Part shown: positions 38,531 to 49,223 of the stretch, piece after piece
Layout of the letters: each line of letters begins with the position of its first letter
Position numbering within the stretch: the stretch's first letter is position 1
Assembly (NCBI GenBank): GCA_016839555.1
Contig: JAEOUA010000007.1
Coordinates: forward strand, 64,001-128,000
Source: Promethearchaeota archaeon
Lineage (GTDB): Archaea > Asgardarchaeota > Lokiarchaeia > Sigyniarchaeales > SOKP01
DNA length: 64,000 nt
Direction of reading: 5' to 3'
Translations under genes and position numbers: made by a program
Notes under the pieces: model-generated
What the model was told of the DNA's origin: nothing
The model's database searches: none
Seen by the model: the letters and a program-made list of their open reading frames with translations, nothing else

Positions 38531-39790
38531 TTAGATTTCGTATTCATACTTAAAATCTTTGTGTTCTAATCCTTGTTCTATACCTTTTTTCAAGTCTTTC
38601 CTTTTTCTCCTATTATATTTTGACAATCCCCTACTTAATTCTGCTGGAGGAGGTTCTACTAAGCACACACCTTTATTTTCAGAATCGGCACTAAACTCAT
38701 CCCACTTCACGATCCTCTCTTCTTGTTGCGAAATATAAGGCATTTTTCCAAATATTACTAAATTTTTTCCTTGCTCTCCAGTACATACGGGCGTCCCCTT
38801 CCCTGTTTTAACGATCTCAATGAAATGTTCCGTGGAATTAATAAAGGAGTATCTCCAATCTCGTGGTAAATCCTCACCATATATTTTCACTTCACCATTA
38901 GAATATACAACGATAGGAGGATATTGAGGGGTTTTAGATAAAAAGTTTCCTCCCGAAGTACATTGATTTATCCACATGATACCCCTTGTTCCTGAAATTT
39001 CTATAAATTCATCAATTGCATAATAACTAGAAGGATAATATAAATTAGAGGCGTAGGTAAACTCCATAGAGCCGAACTTAGGGGGATCTTGTGGATTATT
39101 TTGAGGATATTCCCATATAATATTGGCTGGAGCATCTATAACTCCTGTGAAATAATTAATCCATCCATGTAATGATTCAACTCGATCTTGATCCATAAGC
39201 CATAATGCTAATGATAATTTATGCTGCCCATCATCAAATACTTCTGGACCACCACCACATTTCTCTACAGTTATTCGCCATTGGTAAGCTTTAACTGCTA
39301 ATGGCATACTAGGACCCGCAGTTAAAATATTTATAATTCTAAAAGTTAATTGTTCACCAATAATACCTTGGTTTAATAGTTCCTTTGCTCTTAAATAAAC
39401 TGGGTAAAAGCGGAAATTTTCATATATTTTAAGCCGAACATTCTCTTGGTTACATACTTGAATAATTCTATCGCAATCAGCAATGGTATGCGCCATGGGT
39501 TTCTGTAAAGAGATATTGGGAACACCTGCTTTTGCACAATACTCTGTCATGGGAGCATGAAGATGATGAGGAGTTAAGATTTCTACAATATCAAGCTCTT
39601 CTCTATCAACCATTTCTTTATAATCTTTATAATATTTAAGAGACCGTAACCCCCATTGTTCCAATCTCTTTGCAGCACATTTCACATCCACATCTGAAAC
39701 TGCTGTGAGTTTAGTATCTTGGGAGTGAATGTATCCCAAAACATTTAAATTGGAGATAATTCCACAACCTATAATTCCTACATTAAGCAT
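38531..39790 (-). CDS. Gfo/Idh/MocA family oxidoreductase
   Basis: VGIIGCG, TPHHLH, QKPMA, ENFRF, GGG...DDGQH. Confidence 0.88.
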   Translation of the reverse strand: MLNVGIIGCGIISNLNVLGYIHSQDTKLTAVSDVDVKCAAKRLEQWGLRSLKYYKDYKEMVDREELDIVEILTPHHLHAPMTEYCAKAGVPNISLQKPMAHTIADCDRIIQVCNQENVRLKIYENFRFYPVYLRAKELLNQGIIGEQLTFRIINILTAGPSMPLAVKAYQWRITVEKCGGGPEVFDDGQHKLSLALWLMDQDRVESLHGWINYFTGVIDAPANIIWEYPQNNPQDPPKFGSMEFTYASNLYYPSSYYAIDEFIEISGTRGIMWINQCTSGGNFLSKTPQYPPIVVYSNGEVKIYGEDLPRDWRYSFINSTEHFIEIVKTGKGTPVCTGEQGKNLVIFGKMPYISQQEERIVKWDEFSADSENKGVCLVEPPPAELSRGLSKYNRRKRKDLKKGIEQGLEHKDFKYEYEI

Positions 39791-39939
39791 TTTTTATCAT
39801 TACTCCTTAAAGAATTTAAAAATTTCAGAATTAATTATTTTTATTATTATTTAACCTTCTTAATATCTTAAAAGAGTTTTTATTTATGAAAAAATTATTC
39901 TTTTTATGTTTTATTCCATATATCAGAGGTTAGATTTAA

Positions 39940-41379
39940 TTGAATGATTTATCATCGGAAATTGATGATATTTTCCATTCTAAATCCATGGCTATATTTG
40001 GAGTGAGTAGGAAAGGTGGTTTAGGAAATGTATTATTACAAGCATTTATTGATCAAGAATTTCCTAATATATTTATCGTCAATCCTACTATAACGGAATC
40101 TAATCTTGAAATACTGGGAATACCTGTTTTTTCAGATTTAGAATCTATTGGAAAGCCTGTAGATCTGGCTATATGTTCCACTCATCCTAAATATGTTAAA
40201 GACATAATAATTGAATGTGGTCAATATGGAGTTAAAGCGGTAGTAATTTTTTCAGCTGGATTTGGAGAAAAAAATGAAAAAGGTAAAAAGGCTGAAGAGG
40301 AATTATTAAAAATCGCTCAGAAATATAAAATGAGATTAATTGGACCTAATTGTATGGGATTGTATTGTCCCAAGACAGGATTATCGTTCTTTCCAGCATT
40401 GCCAACAGAATCAGGTTCATTAGGATTCATTAGCCAAAGTGGGTCAATTGCCAATATTTTAGGTTTTAGTTGCATGGTGAAAGGAATTCATTTTTCAAAA
40501 TCTATAAGTTACGGCAATGCTATAGATTTAGGATTCAATGATTTTTTAGAATATCTGGGTTATGATCCTGACACAAAACTCATAGCATGTTATATAGAGG
40601 GTGTTAAGGATGGCAGAAGATTTATTAAATTGGTTAAAAAAATAAGGAAACCTATAATCATTTGGAAGGCTGGAATCACGCCTGCAGGGGAACAAGCAGC
40701 TCAATCACATACTGGTTCACTATGTGGAGATAACAAACTATGGGATATAGTATTTGATCAATATGGAGTGATCAGGGTCTATAATTTGGAAGAAATGATG
40801 AGTATGATCCAAGCATTCATTAATCCTATCCCAGTAAAAAATCATCGAGTTGCTATTATTTCAGGACCAGGAGGCCCCGCTGTTTCTTCCGCTGATGCTT
40901 GTGAGATGAATAATCTAATATTGGCAGAACTGACTGATGAATCAAAAAAGAAACTCCAAAATTTTATTCCTGAATTCGGATCAAGCACGTCAAATCCAAT
41001 AGATTTAAGTCTTCAAGCAACCTTTGACCCAATATTGGAAAAAAACGCGTATGAAATCGTTGGAAGGGATCCTAATGTTGATATGATGCTTATTTATTTA
41101 ACGATGTTAACTCCTCGATATAAAGATTTAATAAAGTTACAAGAAGAAATTTCTAAACCAATAGCTATCGCAACTGCGATAGATGTGAATATTTCATCAG
41201 ATCCTTTCAGTAATTATATTAAACGATCATTCATACATATAAGGGCAAAAAAAGTTCCTAACATAATAAAGAAAATGAATCAAAAAGGGATTTCAATACA
41301 TCCAAACGAACATATTGCCGCTAAGGCGTTATATAATATTTTTCAGTATTATAATAAATCTAGTAAATCGAATTTTTAA
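39940..41379 (+). CDS. ADP-forming acyl-CoA synthetase alpha subunit (second paralog)
   Basis: LIGPNCMG, ISQSG, AQSHTGS, SNPID. Confidence 0.88.
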   Translation: MNDLSSEIDDIFHSKSMAIFGVSRKGGLGNVLLQAFIDQEFPNIFIVNPTITESNLEILGIPVFSDLESIGKPVDLAICSTHPKYVKDIIIECGQYGVKAVVIFSAGFGEKNEKGKKAEEELLKIAQKYKMRLIGPNCMGLYCPKTGLSFFPALPTESGSLGFISQSGSIANILGFSCMVKGIHFSKSISYGNAIDLGFNDFLEYLGYDPDTKLIACYIEGVKDGRRFIKLVKKIRKPIIIWKAGITPAGEQAAQSHTGSLCGDNKLWDIVFDQYGVIRVYNLEEMMSMIQAFINPIPVKNHRVAIISGPGGPAVSSADACEMNNLILAELTDESKKKLQNFIPEFGSSTSNPIDLSLQATFDPILEKNAYEIVGRDPNVDMMLIYLTMLTPRYKDLIKLQEEISKPIAIATAIDVNISSDPFSNYIKRSFIHIRAKKVPNIIKKMNQKGISIHPNEHIAAKALYNIFQYYNKSSKSNF

Positions 41380-41561
41380 AAAATATTTGAAAATTTATTA
41401 CAATCCTAATTCACATTTAGCACATTATAATAATTTAGCTTAATCTTTTTTTATGAACTATTAATACAATATACATAAACAGAGAGTAATTATTATTTAT
41501 AATTTAATAAAAAAAGATTAAAATAAAAAATCAAAATCTAATATAACAAGAAAAAATAAAT

Positions 41562-42137
41562 GTGAATGTGAACTTCTTGGATTATTTACCTGAAAATAGA
41601 AAAAATGAAGAATTTGGTGATTCAAATTGGGACTTTATAGAAGTTTCAAATGTTAACGACAAAATTATTAAAGTACTATTAGATAAATTGAGTTTAGGCG
41701 TTTCTGAAGATTTCTTCATTTCTTTCGAAAGTTTAATCAAGATTGGTAAAAAAGCTAAGAGTCAAATTCTCTCCTTTATTCAAACACAAAACCCTAATTC
41801 ATTCATTCGAGACTTATTGTATTTAATTCTTCAATATATAAATGAAGGAGATATTGATACGCCTCTTATTTTTCACTTGTATCATCCTGATTTTGTTATT
41901 CGAGCAAAAAGTATAAAGGAGATAATGGATATGGAAAAAGATAATTATTTCAAATATATAATCCCCTTAATTGATGATCCGGATGATTCAGTTCGCTTTC
42001 AGGTACTGAAATATTTTATTTCCCAAGAGTTAATACCAAATCCTATAATTAAAAATCAATTAAGGAAACGTCTTAACAAGGAGTTAAATCCTATAATAAT
42101 CAATAAGATTAAGGAAATTCTTAATAAAACTTCTTAA
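41562..42137 (+). CDS. HEAT-repeat protein
   Basis: LYHPDFVIRAKS and LIDDPDDSVRF repeats. Confidence 0.7.
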   Translation: MNVNFLDYLPENRKNEEFGDSNWDFIEVSNVNDKIIKVLLDKLSLGVSEDFFISFESLIKIGKKAKSQILSFIQTQNPNSFIRDLLYLILQYINEGDIDTPLIFHLYHPDFVIRAKSIKEIMDMEKDNYFKYIIPLIDDPDDSVRFQVLKYFISQELIPNPIIKNQLRKRLNKELNPIIINKIKEILNKTS

Positions 42138-42192
42138 TTTCCTATAATACATTAATATTTTTAATCATTGAACATAATTCTTAATTTAAATA

Positions 42193-43005
42193 ATGAGATC
42201 CTTAGCATTAAATCAATTAACATGCAAAAAAAAAGATATTATTAAATTTATCAAAATTTCTAATGATTTTGAAGGAATAGAATTAAGTTTTGAGCAATTA
42301 GATAGCTCACTTTCAGAAGAACTCTCATTAAAAGATATATTTGAATACTTAAGTGTTTATGATCTCAGATTAATAAATCTTTTTCAATTAGAAGACTTTT
42401 CACTTTGTTCCGATACTAAATTCAAAACAGTAATTATTCCCACTTTGAAAAAAATGATGGATTATTGTTATAAGCTGGAATGCAATATGCTTAGTGTTGT
42501 TCCATCATTTGAATCGAGGGATATCCCTCAGTGGAGAATTTTAAGAAGAACAATAGAAAAATTACAAAAAATTGTTAAAATAGCTTATAAAGAAAATATA
42601 CGCATTGGATTTGAAGTTATAAATCTTCCAAAAAATTCTATTCCCAGTCTTGAAGAAGCTAAAAAAGTTCTTACACCTTTAAAATCACAAGAAAACCTCG
42701 GTTATATTGTAGATACCTTTTATTTAGGTGAAAGCGAGGAGAATTTCGAAAATATAATTGAAATCATGGATTATATATATTTAATACGATTAGCGGATTT
42801 AATAAAGAAAAATAAAGAAAAAATAGAATCTACAAAAGAAGAGCAAAGATTACTTCCGGGAACAGGGAGCTTTAATTTTGAAAAATTTTTCCCTGTGACA
42901 AAAAGGTATTATAAAAATTATTTTTCTCTTAAATTATCAGAATGCCAGAAAAGTTTATATAATAAATTTTATAGAATAATTAACTATTTTAATTGGATAA
43001 TATAA
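42193..43005 (+). CDS. Sugar-phosphate isomerase/epimerase TIM-barrel protein (IolI/xylose-isomerase-like)
   Basis: FEGIEL, IGFEVI, VDTFY, LADL, RLLPGTG; some metal ligands appear substituted. Confidence 0.75.
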   Translation: MRSLALNQLTCKKKDIIKFIKISNDFEGIELSFEQLDSSLSEELSLKDIFEYLSVYDLRLINLFQLEDFSLCSDTKFKTVIIPTLKKMMDYCYKLECNMLSVVPSFESRDIPQWRILRRTIEKLQKIVKIAYKENIRIGFEVINLPKNSIPSLEEAKKVLTPLKSQENLGYIVDTFYLGESEENFENIIEIMDYIYLIRLADLIKKNKEKIESTKEEQRLLPGTGSFNFEKFFPVTKRYYKNYFSLKLSECQKSLYNKFYRIINYFNWII

Positions 43006-43061
43006 TTATTTCTAAATCTTGAATTACTAAAATTAATTTAAATTAATAATTTCTTCACTAT

Positions 43062-43877
43062 ATGAATGTTGTACTCTTTTATTTCTCAGCAACCGAGAAC
43101 ACAGCTAAAATTGCTCATATTATTAAGAACAAATTAGTTAAATTAAACTCGGAAGTAAAAGAGTATAATATTACCAGTAAAAATGATAGAGAAAAAGAAA
43201 TAGATTTAAAAAGTTATGATGCAGCATTATTCGGTTTTCCAATTTACGCTTTGCGAATTCCTGAGCCTGCGCGTGAATGGCTCCCACACATAAATGGGAG
43301 GGGTAAAAAATGCGGTATGTTTTTTACTTATGGGGGAGTAACAAGAGGAATAGCGCATTATGAAACTAAAGAGATTTTAGAAAGACAAAACTTCAAAGTT
43401 ATAGCAAGTGCAGACTTTCCTATGAGCCATACTTACAATCTAGGAGGATGGAAACTAAATCTCAATAGACCAAATGAAAGAGATATTAAAATTGCAGAGA
43501 AATTTGCTGAAATTTTATATAATCGCTTTTCTGCTAACAGAGATTTTTTATTTACCATTCCAAAACCAGATTTTGATAAAACAAAGTTGAAAACTTCTAA
43601 ACACCTAGTTAAACATGGAGTGCCTCCCCCCATATTTCAAAAGGAGAACTGCAACCTATGTCAGATTTGCGAGGACCTGTGCCCCACGGGCGCAATAGAC
43701 ATCTATAATGGGGTGATAGATAAGAACTTATGTCTTCATTGTTTCCGTTGTATTATAAATTGCCCTGAAGGAGCCTTAAAAGCGCCTGATCTAAATCAAC
43801 AATTTCAAGTTTTTAAAGAGATGAATAAACTTACTGTGGAGATTATAAATAATAAAAAAAGCAAAATTTTAATCTGA
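43062..43877 (+). CDS. Flavodoxin-domain + 2x[4Fe-4S] ferredoxin (EFR1-like)
   Basis: YFSATENT, GFPIY, TYGG; CNLCQICEDLCP and CLHCFRCIINCP. Confidence 0.85.
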   Translation: MNVVLFYFSATENTAKIAHIIKNKLVKLNSEVKEYNITSKNDREKEIDLKSYDAALFGFPIYALRIPEPAREWLPHINGRGKKCGMFFTYGGVTRGIAHYETKEILERQNFKVIASADFPMSHTYNLGGWKLNLNRPNERDIKIAEKFAEILYNRFSANRDFLFTIPKPDFDKTKLKTSKHLVKHGVPPPIFQKENCNLCQICEDLCPTGAIDIYNGVIDKNLCLHCFRCIINCPEGALKAPDLNQQFQVFKEMNKLTVEIINNKKSKILI

Positions 43878-44153
43878 AATTATTTTAATATTTGTTATTT
43901 AAAAAGTCTCATCTCAAAAATAAGTAAACTTATTAGAATCCTGGCTTCAATAAGTATATAATAATTATAAATATTAATAAAGAATAACAGATCAAATCTT
44001 CATAAATCTTTTCTCTTTTGAAAAAATATAATATTATTATTTCTTTTAGATCATTAACGAAGTTTTTATGAAAAATTATGAAAGATAATTGAAATTATAA
44101 GCCTATAAAATAGAATTATTAAAATAAATAGATAAAGAGCTATAAAATCGAAT

Positions 44154-44696
44154 ATGTATGATTATGATTATACCTTTAAACTTCTTTTGTTAGGGGACGC
44201 TTCTGTTGGCAAGACCTCGTTCACAAAGCAGTATTGCTATAATGTATTTAATCCCTCAGAACGTTTGACCATTGGTGTAGATTTTCATGTGAAGACAGTA
44301 GAGCTTGAATATAATGGTGAAACTAAACTTATTAAACTCCAGATTTGGGATATTGGAGGTGAGGAACGCTTCCGATTTCTTCTTCCTACCTATTGTTTAG
44401 GCGCTAATGGAGCATTTTTGTTATATGATATTACCAGACCCACAACTCTTGAAAATATTACTGAATGGACGACTATTGTACGAAAAAAAGGAGGAGCTAT
44501 TCCTATTATATTAGTTGAAGCTAAAATTGACTTAGATGACCTTAGAAAAATTCCAAAGGAACATGGAAAACAAATCGTAGAACAAAACAAACTTGCGGGA
44601 ATCATTGAAATTTCCGCAAAACAAGACATTAATGTGGACAAGGCTTTTCAGCTTTTAACACAATTAACCTTAGAAAAAATAGAAGAATCTAAATAG
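44154..44696 (+). CDS. Rab-like small GTPase
   Basis: YDYTFKLLLLGDASVGKT, TIGVDF, LQIWDIGG, ISAK; G4 altered to EAKID. Confidence 0.9.
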   Translation: MYDYDYTFKLLLLGDASVGKTSFTKQYCYNVFNPSERLTIGVDFHVKTVELEYNGETKLIKLQIWDIGGEERFRFLLPTYCLGANGAFLLYDITRPTTLENITEWTTIVRKKGGAIPIILVEAKIDLDDLRKIPKEHGKQIVEQNKLAGIIEISAKQDINVDKAFQLLTQLTLEKIEESK

Positions 44697-44704
44697 GTGA
44701 GTTA

Positions 44705-45670
44705 ATGGGAGAGGAACAGTATCTAATATTAAACCAACTTTTTGATTCAGTGGGGATAATAGAAAAAGGTATTGAAAAAATATATCATTATTTATTGATA
44801 AATAAACGAATAGATAATCTGAAAGAGGTATGTAATCAATTTAATCTCACTTTAAAACGCGGTTATAAAATTAATTCCGTTTTATCCGAATTAGAGCTAG
44901 TTCAAATCTATGATCGACCTATGAAAATTATCTTACGAACTCCTATTATTCCAATTTGGCAAAAAATTGTTAATAATCAGATTGAACAATTAAAAATAAA
45001 CTTAAATGAAAAAATAGATTATTGTGACAGCTCCTTTGAAAACTTCATTGACACATACGACCTTAAAAAAGAAGAAGTAGAACAAGAACCCATTGAATTT
45101 ATCAATCACAGTATCGATAATATAGAATATATCTATTATCCTTTTTTAGCCCAGGAAAAAGTAAAAATATCTCATGGCATTAGATATGAAAATATTCTAA
45201 TTACAAAATTGAGAAATGAGACGATTGATACGATTAATAAGCAATATAGAGAAAAAATTATCAAGGGAATTAAAAATATCGCACCAAATATTAAAAATTT
45301 ATCCATAAAAGTAATATTTAACCAAGATCTCGTACAATCACTTTTAAATAGCAGAGAATTTGAAATAATGGCTAATATTCTAAATGTAATTGATTTCGAA
45401 TTTTATAAATTTAATGTTGTTATTACAAAGGAGAACTTTAGCAATTTTAGTTTAGTAGACAATGAATTAATACAACCAAGCTTTGATCCTTCTAATAAAT
45501 TGCTAGGAGCATATATTTCAAGAAATAAAGATATCTATCAAGTATTTATGGAAAAATTCCAAGAGATGTTTGAAAAAGGAACTCCAATTAACCAATTCCT
45601 TAAAAAAAGTGAGGATTTATCCATACAATCGCTCTCTGATTTCCAAAATTTCGTTTTATGCTTATTATAA
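44705..45670 (+). CDS. TrmB-like transcriptional regulator
   Basis: N-terminal HTH (KIYHYLL...LKRGYKINSVLSELELV...RP), coiled coil, C-terminal effector-like domain; AGGTGA SD overlaps the GTPase stop. Confidence 0.55.
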   Translation: MGEEQYLILNQLFDSVGIIEKGIEKIYHYLLINKRIDNLKEVCNQFNLTLKRGYKINSVLSELELVQIYDRPMKIILRTPIIPIWQKIVNNQIEQLKINLNEKIDYCDSSFENFIDTYDLKKEEVEQEPIEFINHSIDNIEYIYYPFLAQEKVKISHGIRYENILITKLRNETIDTINKQYREKIIKGIKNIAPNIKNLSIKVIFNQDLVQSLLNSREFEIMANILNVIDFEFYKFNVVITKENFSNFSLVDNELIQPSFDPSNKLLGAYISRNKDIYQVFMEKFQEMFEKGTPINQFLKKSEDLSIQSLSDFQNFVLCLL

Positions 45671-45838
45671 CCATGGATTATATGATTTTTTTATTCTTGT
45701 ACATGAATTCTAATTAATTCTAAGTATGCTTTAATATTCTAATTATAAAGTTAAAAAGAAAAAAATTAGAAAAATAATCAAGAATTTTGCCTTGAATAAT
45801 GAAAAGTTTGAAAATTAAAACATATTAGAATTTTACTT

Positions 45839-47242
45839 TTAAAAGATTGATTTAAGGTCACTAATCAATTTCTCTTGGAAACGATTATGAACCATTTCAT
45901 ATTTCATAATTCCTTGAATTCTTCCTATTCTCATTTTCAATCCAGGAGTGAGTTTAGTTTTATTTAAATAAACTGCAATATATGGCTTTTTTTCATTCAT
46001 GGCAAGATGGATTTCATCTTGAGCATTATCAGATTCCATAACAAAGGGAGAGATGAATGAAAGGAATACTTTACATCCTAACAATTTTTCAGCAATTGTA
46101 TCACACCAATCAGTGGAAAGAGGTATTCCTTCATCATACCATATTCTAAATCCATTTTTATATAATGCATCAAGAATAGGATAGACTTCTGCTTTATCCT
46201 TATGAGCATAACTTACAAAAATATAAGGATTTTCACCCATATATGCCGTGAATGGAGGTTCTATTGCAATTTCAGAGGTCGTTTCTTTTATTTCCCGCTT
46301 TAAGTATATTTCAAGTGAATCTTTATCATGTGGTAGATCTTCAAATGGAGAAAATTTTCTCAATATTTTTTCAACTAAATCAGAACGTTTCATAATTTTT
46401 GTAATGACATCATAAGAATCTAAAATTATCATAGTAGGTTTTCCGGTTTTTTTTTTAATCTTTATACGTTTTAATATTAAATCAACAACCTTTTTGCACA
46501 CCCATGATTCAAAATCCTCTTCTTCTTGGGAAATATCTTTTGTACTTTTTCCAGCATAATCACCACTCCAATCCAAAGTTACAAGATCATTATGGATATA
46601 AAATTTATAATCATCCTCAAACATAATAGAGGGTTCTTCTTTAAATAACCTTTGAGTTGCGAGCAAATTCAATCGTTTTTCGATAGTTGTAATAAAATCT
46701 TCATCAACTTTAAAGGGTAATTCTTCAGGCTCGATTATTTTTTTGCTGATTAACATTAAATATATTGCCATTTGATGAAGACATAATCCGCCTCGAATAC
46801 CAATTTTACAATTACAATCGCGTTCTACAGAATCTTTATTGAGTTGTAGCGAGGCTTTATGTGAACCATATTTTCCTGAAAACCAAATATTATATCCTTT
46901 TCCTTCCGCGATTATAGTAGTATTTTGTATTTTTTCCGTTTTATGTTCCCCGCTTATAAGAGAAAGTCCATCGGAAACCACCTTCTCAACAAGGTCTGGT
47001 TCGAATTGAGCTCTCATCTCATTTTTTTTTGCTTCAGATAAGGAGGAATCTACAAATTCTACCAAATCTAACTTTTTCAAAGTAGTATATCCTTTTAAGA
47101 GATCATTTTTTGGACCATTGATCACAAATTTCTCATTATATTGGTCAATTAATTCTTTTATTTTTGCTACAGTTAGAGTGAGTAAAAATGTTTTAAATGT
47201 GAGAGGTTCTAAATTTTTCCTAAATTCTCTTTTTCTTGCCAT
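45839..47242 (-). CDS. Multidomain protein: helix-extension-helix/Rho_N-like + SWIM zinc finger + C-terminal TIR
   Basis: LTVAKIKEL...KGYTTLKKLDLV; CNC...CLH; IFVSYAHKD...WYDEGI...QDEIHLA. Confidence 0.75.
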   Translation of the reverse strand: MARKREFRKNLEPLTFKTFLLTLTVAKIKELIDQYNEKFVINGPKNDLLKGYTTLKKLDLVEFVDSSLSEAKKNEMRAQFEPDLVEKVVSDGLSLISGEHKTEKIQNTTIIAEGKGYNIWFSGKYGSHKASLQLNKDSVERDCNCKIGIRGGLCLHQMAIYLMLISKKIIEPEELPFKVDEDFITTIEKRLNLLATQRLFKEEPSIMFEDDYKFYIHNDLVTLDWSGDYAGKSTKDISQEEEDFESWVCKKVVDLILKRIKIKKKTGKPTMIILDSYDVITKIMKRSDLVEKILRKFSPFEDLPHDKDSLEIYLKREIKETTSEIAIEPPFTAYMGENPYIFVSYAHKDKAEVYPILDALYKNGFRIWYDEGIPLSTDWCDTIAEKLLGCKVFLSFISPFVMESDNAQDEIHLAMNEKKPYIAVYLNKTKLTPGLKMRIGRIQGIMKYEMVHNRFQEKLISDLKSIF

Positions 47243-47463
47243 TTTTAATTAGTTTATGTATAAAATTTCATTGTATATCTAATAAACTGATGGTTCTATA
47301 AATTAATCCTCAAGATTTAAATTTGTGTTTTCAAGCATAGAGATGAAACGCATATATACTCAAAATTCATAATTAACACGAATTATATTTAAAAAGTGCA
47401 AATTTTCTTTGCATTTTATTTTCTTAAATATTTTTAAAAAAAGATATAAATAAAAAAATAAAC

Positions 47464-49017
47464 TTATTTTTTGATTTTCTGTTTAAATTTCATGGCTTTC
47501 TGATATCTTTTTAACAACTCTCTTGGTGTGACGGGATTTTCAGAACGTTCAAATATTGTGGCTTTACTCGTAATACCGAAAAGGTATTTTGCAACTTTTT
47601 TTAAGTCCTTCATAGGATATCTACCCATCATGGCAATTGTTTCCATCTGAGGTGAACCCCCACCATGTAACCCTGCTACTTGCAGTATACCTCCTATATC
47701 TGAGCAGCCAAGAGTTTCGATACCTTTAACAATTTTAAGAGCTTTTATAGGATCAATTTTAGGATTTCTTTGCATGTATTTTAATGCTAATTCCCCTACT
47801 TCTGAGTTGGTAAATGTTTCCAAATACGGTAAAGTGGCCATAATCCCGCCGGTAATGTCAGCTAATATCTTATACTCCTCGTAAATATTCTCTCCCGCCA
47901 ATCTCCGCCCTGCATTAGTTAAAACCTCATCGGGAATTTGAGTTCCTGAAGGAGATTTTTCAGAATGTAAGGCACTGGATTCTCCTGCGGCAAATACTAA
48001 TTCTGCAGTGCCAATCAAATGGCTTATTTTCGTGGAAACATGTTTTGCATTCTCTACATTATTATATTCAGCTGCCATTGAACACGCACTCGCTAAAATT
48101 TCGCTTATGGCGGGCTTGCATCCCGTGTAAGAGTGTCTATGATAATGTGCAAATAAAAGCGCTAAAAATCCACCGTATGCCGTAGCATCTGGGGTTTCTT
48201 TTCCATTCAAAAAGACGCGGTCTTTGGGGATAAATACATCATCAAAAATAATAAAAGTTTCCACATCGCCCAGTTCAGTAGTAGGACATCTAAATTCTTC
48301 CGGAAGATCTTGCACTCCATGAACCCATGCTGGTCGCGATAATAATTTTACGCCATCCCAATCAGCAGGTATCGCAAACGAGACTGCCCAGTCACTATCT
48401 TCGGGAGTTAAAAATCTACAAGGTACAGATACTATTTCATCCACATAGGTAGTATTAGTAATACATTGCTTTGCTCCTCTTACAACTATTCCATCATCCC
48501 TATTTTCTATTATCTTTACATATGCACCAGGATTTTCTTGTTCATGTGGTCTCTTTGAACGATCTCCCTTCGCATCCGTAGAGGCGCATGACGCAGCAAG
48601 ATCTCTTTCTTGGAAATCAATCATATATTTTTTAAATCGGTCATAATAATTAGTTCCCAGCGCTTCGTCGCATTCATAAGTAACCACAGAAAGTGCATTC
48701 AAGGCATCAATGCCCATGCATCGCTGAATGCAACCGCCTACTCGATGGCATAATACACGCGTCATCCGCTGCTTCTTAAATAAGTCTTCTTTGGATTGAT
48801 GAATATGAGTAAATCGGTTAATCTTCTTTCCAGTAAAATGACTAATTGCTGTGCAGAGATCTTCATAACGGGGGTCTACTGCACATGAATATGTTTCTTT
48901 GATGATATTAATGCCTCCTTGAATTCTCCAATCATCTCGCCCCACTTTCTCGTCGCCTATGTACACATTAGGCTTCATTTTATAAAGAGCTTCTTTATAT
49001 TCCTCAACCGTTCTCAT
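47464..49017 (-). CDS. 4-hydroxybutyryl-CoA dehydratase family protein
   Basis: CIQRCMGID, TDAKGDRS, HRHSYTGC ([4Fe-4S] Cys/His ligands), HGGGSP. Confidence 0.85.
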   Translation of the reverse strand: MRTVEEYKEALYKMKPNVYIGDEKVGRDDWRIQGGINIIKETYSCAVDPRYEDLCTAISHFTGKKINRFTHIHQSKEDLFKKQRMTRVLCHRVGGCIQRCMGIDALNALSVVTYECDEALGTNYYDRFKKYMIDFQERDLAASCASTDAKGDRSKRPHEQENPGAYVKIIENRDDGIVVRGAKQCITNTTYVDEIVSVPCRFLTPEDSDWAVSFAIPADWDGVKLLSRPAWVHGVQDLPEEFRCPTTELGDVETFIIFDDVFIPKDRVFLNGKETPDATAYGGFLALLFAHYHRHSYTGCKPAISEILASACSMAAEYNNVENAKHVSTKISHLIGTAELVFAAGESSALHSEKSPSGTQIPDEVLTNAGRRLAGENIYEEYKILADITGGIMATLPYLETFTNSEVGELALKYMQRNPKIDPIKALKIVKGIETLGCSDIGGILQVAGLHGGGSPQMETIAMMGRYPMKDLKKVAKYLFGITSKATIFERSENPVTPRELLKRYQKAMKFKQKIKK

Positions 49018-49223
49018 TTTCTTGTCATTTTTGTTTTAAATTTTATTTATTATTAAATTTATGTAATCCTTTCATCCTTTTATATAATTTTATTATCTAA
49101 TGAAAATAGATCATTAAAAAAATCAGAAAGGTTTAAAACTGAATATCTTTAAATCTCTGAAATTTTATGCATTAAAAATAGAAAAAATAAATAAAAAAAA
49201 GAGAAGTTAATTATTTTAAGAAA

